From contig NC_135899.1 of the NCBI RefSeq assembly GCF_964194155.1, positions 34,906,001-34,970,000 of the forward strand: DNA of 64,000 nt. The letters run 5' to 3'. A program made the translations under genes and the position numbers. Within the stretch, counting starts at the first letter, position 1, and each line of letters starts with the position of its first letter. A model generated the notes under the pieces. The model made no database searches. It saw only the letters and a list, made by a program, of their open reading frames with translations, and was not told the origin of the DNA. This document shows positions 53,333-64,000 of this stretch, piece by piece. The DNA comes from Cetorhinus maximus. Lineage: Eukaryota.

Positions 53333-56300
53333 TCTGGGAAGAGTATCCTGCAGTCAGCATCGCTGTGAAGCAGTCTCGGAAGAGTGTCTTGCAGTCAGCA
53401 TCACAGTCTGCACTGGAGCGCTGCTTTGGGAGTTTGGTGAGGAGGGAACGAGGTGATCCTTTGAGTACTGTGATTACGGTTGGGTAAGTATTTACTACTT
53501 TAATCGCTTATAGTTTTTAAGGTCTTATTTTGTGGTTCATTGTTTGTAAGGGCTATATTCTGTAACAACGAGGAGCAGGGAAGAAGGGCCCTAGAGTAAT
53601 TGATATTATTGGATATTAAGTATCTTCCAAAAGGTTTAATTTAATTTAAAGGGGTAAGTCATGGCAGGAGAGCTGAAAGCCGTGGTGTGCTCCTCCTGCT
53701 CTATGTGGGAAGCCGGAAACATTTCCAGTGCCCGGGGCCAGCTTGTGTGCGGGAAGTATCTTCAGCCGCAGCTCCTGGAAGTCCGGGTTTCAGAGCTGGA
53801 GCAGCAGTTGGGGACACTGTGGAGTATCTGCAAGGCAGAGAGTATCGTGTATAGCACAAATAGAGAGGTGGTCACACCGCAGGCTAAGAGTCCACAGGCA
53901 GAAAGGGAATGGGTAACCACCAAGCAGAGCAAGAGGACTAGACAGGCAGTGCAGGAATCTCCTGTGGCTATTCCCCTGCAAAACAGATATACCGCTTTGG
54001 ATATTGTTGGGAGGGAATGGCCTCTCAGGGGAAAGCAGCAACAGCCAAATTCGTTGCACCACAGTCGGCTCTGCTGCACAGGGGAGGAGTAAAAAGTGTG
54101 GGAATGCAATATTTATAGGGGATTCAATTGTAAGGGGAATAGATAAGTGTTTCTGTGGCTGCAAATGAAACTCCAGGAATGGATGTTGCCTCCCTGGCGC
54201 TTGGCTCAAGGATGTCTCAGAGTGGCTACAGGACATTCTGAAGGGGTAGGGTGAACAGCCAGTGGCCTTGGTACACATTGGTACAAACGACATAGGTAGA
54301 AAAAGGGATGAGGTCCTAAAAGCAGAATATAGGGAGTTAGGAAGTAAGTTGAAAAGTAGGACCTCAAAGGTAGGATTATTACCAGTGCCACGTGCTAGTC
54401 AGAGTAGAAAAAGCAGGATATATCGGATGAATACGTGGCTGAAGAGATGGTGTGAGGGGGAGGGTTTCAGATTCCTGGGACATTGGGACCGGTTCTGGGG
54501 GAGGTGGGACCAGTACAAACTGAACGGGTTACACCTGTGCAGGACCAGGACTGATGTCCTAGGGGGAATATTTGCTAGAGTGGTTGGGGAGAGTTTAAAC
54601 TAAAATGGCAGGGGGATGGGAACCTATGCAAGGAGTCAGAGAAGGGGGAATCAAGGACAAGAGCAAAAGACAGAAAGGGGAATAAGAAAAGTGATGGGCA
54701 GAGAAATCAAAGGCAAGAATCAAACAGGGCCAAAAAGTGGGAACGGGCCAAGTAATGTTAAAAAGACAAGCCTTAATGCTTTGTGCCTTAATTTGAGGAG
54801 CATTCGCAATAAAGTGGATGAATTAACCACGCAAATAGGTGTAAACAGGTATGATATAGTTCGGGATTACGGAGACATGGTTGCAGGGTGACCAGGGATG
54901 GGAACTGAACATCCAAAGGTATTCATTATTTAGGAAGGACAGGCAAAAAGGAAAAGGCAGTGGAGTTGCATGCTGGTTAAAGAGGAAATTAACGCAATAG
55001 TGAGGAAAGATATTAGCTCCGATGATGTGGAATCTGTATGGGTAGAGCTGAGAAACACTAAGGGGCAAAAAACATTAGTGGGGGTTGGATATGGACCCCC
55101 AAACTGTAGTGGTGATGTTGGGAATGGCATTAAACAGGAAATTAGAGATGCATGCAATAAAGGAACATCTGTAATTATGGATGACTTTAATATGCATATA
55201 GATTGGGTAAATCAAATTAGGAACAATACGGTAGAGGAGGAATTCCTGGAGTGTATATGGGATGGGTTTCTGGACCAATACATTGAGGAACCAACTGGAG
55301 AACAGGCCATCCTAGACTGGGTATTGTGTAATGAGAACAGAATAATTGGCAATCTAGTTGTGTGAGGCCCCTTGGGGATGAGCGACCATAATATGATAGA
55401 ATTCTTCATCAAGATGGAGAGTGACGAAGTTGATTCTGAGACTAGGGTCCTGAATCTTAATAAAGGAAACTATGATGGTATGAGGCGTGAGTTGGCTATG
55501 ATGGATTGGGAAACGTTATTTAAAGGGATGACGGTGGATAGGCAATGGCAAATATTCAAAGACCGCATGGGTGAACTGCAACAATTGTTTATTCCTGTCT
55601 GGCGCAAAAGTAAAACAAGAAAGGTGGCCAAACCATGGCTTACAAGGGAAATTAGAGATAGTGTTAGATCCAAGGAGGAGACATACAAATTGGCTAAAAA
55701 AAACAACAGACCTGGAGCAGTTTAGAATTCAGCAAAGGAGGACCAAGGGATTGATTAAGAAGGGGAAAAGAGAGTACGATAGTAAGCTTTCGGGGAACAT
55801 TCAAACTGACTGTAAAAGTTTCTATAGGTATGTGGAGAGAAAAAGATTGGTGAAGAGAAATGTAGGTCCCTTACAGTCATCAGAAACAGGGGAATTTATA
55901 ATGGGGAACAAAGAAATGATTGACCAACTAAATACATACTTTGGTTCTGTCTGCACAAAGGAGGACACAAATAACATACCAGAAATGTTGGGGAACACAG
56001 GGTTTAGTGAGAGGGAGGAACTGAAAGAAATCAGTATTAGTCGGGAAATGGTGTTGGAGAAATTGATGGGATTGAAGGCCGATAAATCCCCAGGGCTTGA
56101 TAATCTACATCCCGGAGTACTTAAGGAAATGGCCCTAGAAATAGTGGATGCATTGGTGGTCATCTTCCAAGAATCTATAGACTCTGGAACAGTTCCTACA
56201 AATTGGAGGGTAGCTAAAAGGAAGGTAGAGAGAAAACAGGGAATTATAGACCAATCAGCCTGACGTCGGTAGCGGGGAAAATTCTAGAGTCCATCATAAA

Positions 56301-57648
56301 AGATTTAATAGCTGAGCACTTGGAAAACAGTGGCAGAATCGGACAGAGTCAGCATGGATTTACAAAAGGGAAATCATGCTTGACAAATGTACTGGAATTT
56401 TTCGAGGGTGTAACTGGTAGAGTTGGTGAGGGGGAGCCAGTGGATGTGGTTTATTTGGACTTTCGGAAGGCTTTCGACAAAGTCCCACATAAAAGATTAG
56501 CGTGTAAAATTAAAACGCATGGGATTGGGGGTAGTGTATTGAGATGGATAGAAAACTGGTTAGCAGACAGGAAACAAAGAGTAGGAATAAACGGGTCTTT
56601 TCCTGAATGGCAGGCAGTGACTAGTGGGGTACCGCAGGGATCGGTGCTGGGACCCCAGCTATTCACAATATATATTAATGATTTAGATGTGGGAACTAAA
56701 TTTAATATCTCCAAATTTGCAGATGACACAAAGCTGGGTGGGAGGGTGAGCTGTGAGGAGGATGCAGAGATGCTTCAGGGTGATTTGGACAAGCTGAGTG
56801 AGAGGCCGAATGCATGGCAGATGCAGTATAATGTGGATAAATGTGAGGTTACCCAGTTTGGTTGCTAAAACAGGAAGGCAGGTTATTATCTGAATGGCTA
56901 TAAATTGAAAAGGGGGAACTTGCAACGAGACCTGGGCGTCCTCGTACACCAGTTGCTGAAGGTAAGCATGCAGGTGCAGCAGGCAATAAAGAAGGCAAAT
57001 GGTTTGTTGGCCTTCATAGCGAGAGGATTCGAGTACAGGAGCAGGGATGTCTTGCTACAATCATACAGGGCCTTGGTGAGACTACACCTGGAATATTGTG
57101 TGTAATTTTGGTCTCCTTATCTGAGGAAGGATGTTCTTGCTATAGAGGGAGTGCAGCAAAGGTTTTCCAGACTGATTCCTGGGATGGCGGGACTGACATA
57201 TGAGGAGTGATTGAGTTGGTTAGGATTATATTCGCTGGAGTTCAGAAGAATGAGGGGGGATCTCGTAGAAGCCTATAAAATTCTAAAAGGACTAGACAGG
57301 GTAGATGCAGGAAGGATGTTCCCAATGATGGGGGAGTCCAGAACCAGGGGTCACAGTCTGAGGATATGGGGTAGACCATTTAGGACTGAGATGAGGAGAA
57401 ATTTCTTCACCCAGAGAGTGGTGAGCCTGTGGAATTCGCTACCACAGAAAGCAGTTGAGGCCAAAACATTGTATGTTTTCAAGAAGGAGTTAGATTTCGC
57501 TCTTGGGGTGAAAGGGATCAAAGGATATGGGGAGAAAGCGGGAGCAGGCTATTGAGTTGGATGATCAGCCTTGATCTTGATGAATGGCGGAGCAGGCTTG
57601 AAGGGCCAAACAGCCTACTCCTGCTCCTATTTTCTATGTTTCTATGTT
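53333..57648 (+). mobile_element. Near full-length CR1 LINE (ORF1 zinc finger and SGNH esterase; ORF2 APE and RT), inactivated
   Basis: ORF1 from 53661: CSSCSMW, GDSIVRG, CLPGA, VHIGTND, NGLHL; ORF2: DDFNM..IDW, SDHN, KSPGLDNLHP, QHGF, YLDFRKAFDKVPH, GVPQGSVLGP, KFADDTK; (TTCTATGT)n tail; multiple stops and frameshifts. Confidence 0.97.
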
Positions 57649-57659
57649 ATGATTGAAGA

Positions 57660-58478
57660 TGTCATAGAGTCATAGAGGTCTACAGCACTGAAAAAGGCCC
57701 TTCAGCCCATTGAGTCTGTGCTGGTCAAACAAGTACCTAACTATTCTAATCCCATTTTCCAGCACTAGGTGCATAGCCTTGTATGCCGTAGCATCGCAAG
57801 TGCACATCCAAATACTTCTTCAATGTTATGAGGGTTTCTCCCTCTACCACCCTTTCAGGCAGTGAGTTCCAGATTCCCACCAACCCCTGGGTGAAAAAAT
57901 TCTTCCTTACATCCCCTCTAAATCTCCTGCCCCTTACCTTAAATCTATGCCCCCTGGTTATTGATCCCTCCACCAAGGGGAAAAGTTCCTTCCTGTCTAC
58001 CCTATCTATGTCCTATCTATGCCTCATAATTTTATACACCTCAATCATGTCTCCCCTCAGTCATGTCCCCCCTCAATCTCCTCTGCACCAGGGAAAATAA
58101 CCCCAGTCTATCCAATCTCTCCTCATAACTAAAACTCTCCAGCCCAGGCAACATTCTGGTAAATCTCCTCTGCACTCTCGAGTGCAATCATATCCTTCCT
58201 ATAATGTGGATTTCAGAACTGCATGCAATACTCTAGCTGTGGCCTAACATTTTATAGTTTTTTACAGCTCCAGCATAACCTCCCTGCTCTCATATTCTAT
58301 GCCTCGGCTAATGAAGGCAAGTATCCCATATGCCTTCTTAACCATTTTATCTACCTGTCCCGCTGCCATAAGGAACCGGTGGACATGCACACCAATGTCC
58401 CTCTGATCCTCGGTACTTCCCAGGGTCCTACCATTCATCGTGTATTCCCTTCCCTTGTTTATCCTGCCCCAGTGCATC
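57660..58478 (-). mobile_element. CR1 3' fragment, tail-to-tail with the long copy
   Basis: ORFs 57746-57976 and 58262-58489 (TRGHRFKVRG..RKNFFTQ..WNSLP); TCATAGAGTCATAGAG tail. Confidence 0.92.
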
Positions 58479-58489
58479 AGGTGACTCAC

Positions 58490-58900
58490 CTTCCGTCAGG
58501 CTACAGGAAAACACTTAATGATTGGCGTTCGTTAATGGCAGCCGCAGTTCCCACAATCCCCCGCGCCGCAGAAACCGTCGTATCATTTTCCCCAGGCGCT
58601 GAGGGTGCGCATGCTCCCCAGGCAGCTCGGATTCAGCCGCTGAGAGCCGCACTCTCTGTTGCTGAGGCTACGCTCGGTCCAGCTCAGCTTTCTGGAGCCC
58701 CAACGAGTGCGCATGCTCCCCATTGACAGGCAGACTCCCGGGGTGGGTTGGATTTATATGCGCCTGCGCTGTGTGTTCTCTCTGATGGAGCAGGATCTTA
58801 TTCACGCGCGCCATAGGATCAACCGCCATTATTCAACATTGAAATAATTAGAAAGCGGCCGTTTGGCGCTTCGCATGTTCAGCTGTTTAGGTCCTGCTCC
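58490..58900. promoter_or_regulatory. CpG-island, probably bidirectional promoter; includes putative exon 1 of G on the minus strand
   Basis: Minus donor GGAAG|GTGAGT at 58490/58489; ZNF143-like TTCCCACAATCCCCCGCG 58548-58565; NRF1-like GCGCATGC ~58607 and ~58709, TGCGCCTGCGC ~58759. Confidence 0.7.
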
Positions 58901-59183
58901 AGCCTCATAAACTACAGTTTTTTAAAAATTTTTCAGGCGCTGATGTGATTCCATGTTGAAAGTAGTATCAATTTCTGTATAATTAACGCTATTGTGAACT
59001 GCATTGAGATATTTTCCTACGTTGAGGCGCTATATAAATGTCAGTAATTGGTAGCTACAAGGAGCTGAGATAGAGATCAGCCATGATCTAACTGAATGGT
59101 GGAACTTTCTGGAGGGGCTCCTCCTGTTGCTATTGTCATACAGGTAGATTGGGCACATGAGTCTCATATTGGAGCAAAATTGT

Positions 59184-59822
59184 TGAGTGTAGAATTGAAC
59201 CCAGCCAGAATTAGTAACTTCTGGGGAGGAGAGGGACGGTAACCAGTGAGTGTAAAACTCAGCCCAGAATCAGCACTTTCTGGGGAGGAGAGGGACGGTA
59301 ACCAGTGAGTGTAAAACTCAACCCAGAATCAGCACCTTCTGGGGAGGAGATGGACGATAACCAGTGAGTGTAAAACTCAACCCAGAATCAGCACCTTCTG
59401 GGGAGGAGAGGGACGGTAACCAGTGAGTGTTAAACTCAACCCAGAATCAGCACCTTCTGGGGAGGAGAGGGACGGTAATCAGTGAGTGTAAAACTCAACC
59501 CAGAATCAGCACCTTCTGGGGAGGAGAGGGACGGTAACCAGTGAGTGTTAAACTCAACCCAGAATCAGCACCTTCTGGGGAGGAGAGGGACGGTAACCAG
59601 TGAGTGTAAAACTCAACCCAGAATCAGCACCTTCTGGGGAGGAGAGGGACGGTAACCAGTGAGTGTAAAACTCAACCCGGTCAGAGTCAGCACCTTCTGG
59701 GGAGGAGAGGGACGGTAACCAGTGAGTGTATAACTCAGTTCAGAATCAGCACCTTCTGGAGAGGAGATGGACAGTAACCAATGAGTGTAAAACTCAACCC
59801 AGTCAGAGTCAGCACCTTCTGG
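59184..59822 (+). repeat. 59-bp minisatellite, ~10-11 units
   Basis: ACCAGTGAGTGTAAAACTCAACCCAGAATCAGCACCTTCTGGGGAGGAGAGGGACGGTA repeated head-to-tail without spacers. Confidence 0.97.
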
Positions 59823-60000
59823 AGAGGGAGAAATGTTGACCAAAAGGAAATATTTTGGAGATGCTGCGATGAGTTTGGATTTCAGCACAGGGGAGAGGGA
59901 GAGTGTGTGGGATGGGGATTCACAGCACTGGGATTACAGGAGAGGAAAGAATGTTCTAGAAAGACCAGAATTGTCTGTTCTGAGCTTCTATCCTGTATTT
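59823..60000 (+). other. Intron relic of a G-family ZF gene in divergent orientation (no ZF exon seen in window)
   Basis: GAGGAAAGAATGTT..AATTGTCTGTTCTGAGCTTCTATCCTGTA matches the reverse complement of 51530-51595, just upstream of the G acceptor. Confidence 0.65.
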
Positions 60001-60429
60001 TGTAGCAATAATAATTAGTTTATAACCCAGTTATGTTTGATAATCAAGTAATCGAATTATATAAATCTATTAAACTAGTATGTTCTAATTAATTGTAATC
60101 AATGTCGCACACTGTTCCCATGTGACTGCATCTTAGTGTATGAAGATGTAGCTGTAGCTGTATTCCTATCTGACAGGTGGAACATGCCACATTGTCCAGG
60201 CCTATGTGTAAAACTATGGTTCTGTGGTACAATTACAGAGTTATTACTGTGAAGACAGTCAGGGTTGAATAGTCCTGTGCCTGGAGCTGGGACCGGACAC
60301 AATCTCCCTGACCATTAAAAGTGGCCATTGAAGCTGTTCTGTGATATCATTCCTGGCCACTGTGTGATTGGCTGCTGGCTCCTTTGTGATATCACCTGGT
60401 TATGCCCCATCAGTGTGATGTCACTCTGG

Positions 60430-61800
60430 GAGTTTGGATTTCAGTGTCGATGTGATGCCAGGTACGTAGGCTGTACATCCCAGCGACTGGCTGATCGGAT
60501 CAGACAACATGCTCCTTCGGCTGTTCATAATAGGCAGACGGGATTCAACCAGCCTGGGCTCACAAAACCCAAAAGAAAATGTCTACTGTTAGACGTTCTG
60601 TAATTGAACGATCCTGAGTGCGCTAATAGCTACTGTCATATAAGGTATGGCATACTCATAATTTAAAATATGGACCTTCTTCAATATGGACATTGAACAG
60701 CTGGGTTAGAAAGAAGGTCACTGTGTCCACAAAATGTCCACTGACCATCAGGCGACACTGCTGTGTGGATTCCAGAACCCAGTCAGGGAACCGACTCACT
60801 GTCTCACAAAGAGAAAGGATTGTGACTGTCGACAGTGGCAGCCTGAGTGAAGCAGCAGCTCCTAGAACAATCTGAGCAGAATCAATGTCAGTTTTAAAAA
60901 AAAAAATATTAAACTGCCATTCTGACCACAGTCCAAAGCCTCAGGACACAGCAAGAAGGAGCCACACATTCTGCAGACAAATCAAGGAGCAGATGACTCT
61001 CTACCTGAACATCAACCCACACAAGAACTGACTGCTCAACGATTGAAGAAATGACCGGAAACAAACTTCATCCCTTCAAGGGGATTCCTACAAACCTCTT
61101 CTACCCCTGCTGTGAAATCCCTCAACTGATCCTTTGACTGAAGATCTTTCATCAGGCCTGCAACTTTGATCATCAGATTACATCAGGCAAGTGACATATC
61201 AATATTTCCTTTTTTATATCAGTTGTAACAGTGCACTATCTCTTGCCCCTGTAACTTGCCTAGAGTGTGTTAATATGAGTGGAAGTGTGGGTGAGTGAAG
61301 TAGCATCCGTTTTTGGTTTTAGCTTTATTGTTTAAAAATAAACAATCATCTTCCTTTTCTAAAAGAAAGAATTCCGGAATGTCTGCTGCAGTTCTTGACG
61401 ACACACTCATGCACCATTCCTATTCTTTAACTTCACTGGTCACAGACAGTTTGAAAACGGGACAGGGATTGTCAGCAGTTCCCCTTCCAACCTGACCATG
61501 ACACTACACAAACAACCAGGTTAAGATAATCAATTGAGCTCGTAATGTGGCTCGTTTATACTTGCTACAAGTTTAATACATTCACTTGGAGGGACCTATT
61601 CTCTACAAACAGAAGGAATATGTTAAAGTCTCACATCTCCATGGCAATGCCGCGGCCAATCAGAGTTGACTTGCCAACCAATCAGTGCCCTTCTCTCCTG
61701 TTGTATGAATTGTTGTAATCATTTGAAATTTGGCATTCTTGCATTTGTCCTGCTGAGTGTAAGACGAAAAGCTTCGCAACATATGTTTCTTTTCAGCAAT
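60430..61800 (+). mobile_element. Second-family Penelope GIY-YIG 3' fragment interrupted by an LTR
   Basis: FQCRCDARYVGCTSQRLADRIRQH; LNDPECANSY|TNNQVKII is continuous across the LTR; YIHLEGPILYKQKE; decayed CTGCTGA..GAAA at ~61751-61770. Confidence 0.75.
60634..61503 (+). mobile_element. Solo LTR (870 bp)
   Basis: Termini TGTCAT...ATGACA; 4-bp TSD CTAC at 60630-60633 and 61504-61507; AATAAA ~61337. Confidence 0.88.
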
Positions 61801-63359
61801 CTGAAAATATTTTCTGTCGTGTTCTTGCCCATACGCAGTGTCTGTGACAAGATGGAAACCTTATAGACGGGAAGCTTGCTCCACAAGGCTGAAGCCTATG
61901 AGATCAGAGAGGTGTACTGAGGGAGAGAGAGAGATCGTGTGAGTGAATCCCAATGCTTGGGGTGGGGGAAGTTGGCTCATGATTCCTGGAGGCGTGACCA
62001 TAAAGGGAAATAGTGTGTGGGGGGAGGAGATGGCGATTGGGTGGGGAAAGAGATCACTGATGTTGGGGGGCTGGGGAGGTGCAGTTTATACTAAGTAGTT
62101 TTGTTGCACCTGGAGCAAACGTTCCTTCTCCCCCTGACCCACAAGCAGTGCTGTAAAGACAATCACTTCATTGATTCAATTCTTACCACTTTGCCAATTC
62201 TTTGGTCTTGGAAATCTGGACAATTTTTCCCACAGCTGTTGCTGCAGTACAGATGGCGAAATGCTGGATTTCCCTGTGGAGGGAGATAACAACAGCTCTG
62301 TTGGGACTCGATGCTGCTGACAACAATCAGAGGGGATTCCCAGCCAGCTCAGGGAAATTTCCCTGACGGCGGGAATGTGTTAGGGAGCCAGCCTGAGGTG
62401 GATCCCCCCTTCAATATTCCCAGCATCCCCATCTCCAACCCCGCTAACACCGGGCCGGGAAAATTCAGCCCAAGGTGTCAGCCTCCTGGCCATTCTCAGC
62501 TCCACTCTTGGGGCTTGAGTTGTTGCCTTTCTGACCAAAGCTGAGGCCAGGCCTCAATGGGAGCCCCTCCCTCCCTGCTGCTGTGTTCTTGGAGCTCTGA
62601 GAGACGACATGACTGGACTTCACACAGCCTGATGGGAATGAAGGAATTGGCTCTTAGTCATGATAAGGATGACAACTCATTAACATATCATTCTAAGTTA
62701 TAAATATGTAAATAGGAGGGTTTGACATTGGAAGTTCCTCCAAGCATCATTGTCCCTTTCTAGTCACAGGTTTCTGGTGTTCTGCTGCTGGATGAAACAC
62801 TGGAGTGCAGCAAATTTCATTCCTTTTGAGGTACAAACACCTTTTGTTCCCAATATTCTCCTGTGATCAACCCCTGTCCACTTCCATCCTACTTTATCAT
62901 TTCCTTGTGGTTGCAGTTGGAATGTTGTAAATATTGGGATTTCCTACCTTTGACCTCTTCAATTTCTTTATTTAAGCTCATCTTTAAACAGCTGGACTGT
63001 CCAACAGATGTTGTGTATTTCCTGACAGCACATTTCCAGGAGCGGACAAGAGAGTGACAGCAAAGAGCTAGGACATGTCCACTCACACTCAGTATCATCC
63101 ATCTTGTCCACACCTCTTGCTGTGCTGGTCAGTTGGGGAAATGCTGGATTTCCCCTGCAATTGAGATAACAGCAAGTTTGTTGCATCAAAGAATCACTCA
63201 GAGTGAGAGATGATGAAGGAAAGGATCAGAAAATGTAAAGCTTTGAGGAACTGGATTCTGAACAAAATGAGGCTCCCCACTCAATGCAGATGAACACATG
63301 AGGCCTGTTCCAAAGGAATTGGAAAGCAAACAGCACAAAGAGAACCAGCACAGAAGTAT

Positions 63360-64000
63360 TGAACACCGGCACAGCAGGGGAGCCTGGCTTGCAGCTCAGG
63401 GGCACAGTTCACAGCTCAGGGGCCCGGTTTGGAGCATGGGGGCCCAGCGCTCAATACAGTGACCTGATGCAGCTCACATCTAGGGCGCCCAGCTCACAGC
63501 TTGGGGGCTCAGCCCAGCTCGCACCATTGGCGAGGCTCCCAGCCTGGGGTAATGGCTTGCAACACGGGAGCCCAGCTGGCAGCATGGAGGCTTGGCCCAG
63601 CCCAGCTCGCAGCACAGAAGCCCCGCCGAACCCAGCTCATGGTCTTGCATGGCTCAGAGTACGACGGCCTGGCCGGGCCGGGCCAGACCTGCAGCATAGG
63701 GGCCCAGCTCAATCCTGTTTGCAGCAATGTAGTCCAGCCAGCCAGGCTCAGAGCACGCTGGCCCAGACCGGTTCACAGCATGGGGGACCTGGCATGGCTC
63801 ACAGCATGAGGGCCTGGCACGGTACGCAGCTTCCGGGTCTACCTCGCAGCACAGAAGTCCAACCCGGTCTGGCTTGCAGCATGGAGGGCCCGGCGCGCAG
63901 CATGGAATCCCGCCTTGCAGCACGGAGGGCCCAGCACAGCTGGGCTCGCAGCCTGTGGACTGGCCCGGTTCAGAGCGTGTAGGCCTAGTCCACTTCACAG
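63360..64000 (+). repeat. GC-rich degenerate short-period repeat, unclassified
   Basis: Recurrent GCAGCATGG / GGCCCAGC(T)C motifs; runs off the window end. Confidence 0.5.

Noticed and set aside
59184-59822. CRISPR-like regular repeat array
   Set aside because: Units are contiguous with no unique spacers, there are no cas genes, and the context is eukaryotic
63359-63982. 207-aa GC-rich ORF
   Set aside because: Degenerate repeat open in several frames, non-ATG start, no domain recognised

Overview
Eukaryotic vertebrate DNA. The repeat content (CR1, L2, RTE and Tx1 LINEs, Penelope-like elements, Deu-type tRNA SINEs) suggests a cartilaginous fish; that assignment is inference. The window is a birth-and-death cluster of C2H2 zinc-finger genes with no recognisable KRAB, SCAN or BTB domain. 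One cassette is present in six copies: A(+), B(-), C(+), D(-), E(-), F(+). Its inferred structure is a CCAAT/CRE/ETS promoter, exon 1 ending in ATG|GT, a 39-nt micro-exon, and a last exon with a leader of dead fingers followed by the finger array. B (419 aa), E (325 aa) and F (290 aa) have open ORFs; A, C and D are pseudogenes. A second ZF family contributes a decayed gene (G, -) and a partial divergent neighbour around a CpG-island promoter. Main observations: (1) paralogs B and F differ at DNA-contact residues and by whole-finger losses; (2) a Gypsy-gag-like zinc knuckle lies in frame just behind the stop codon of B, with a counterpart in F; (3) several minimal hammerhead-ribozyme motifs sit in Penelope tails, including a pair created by a nested insertion; (4) two solo LTRs have clean TSDs; (5) an RTE has a twin-priming-type inversion; (6) near full-length CR1 and Penelope copies are present. 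There is no CRISPR array, rRNA or genuine tRNA. Coordinates were read by eye; repeat boundaries are approximate and exon models lack transcript support.
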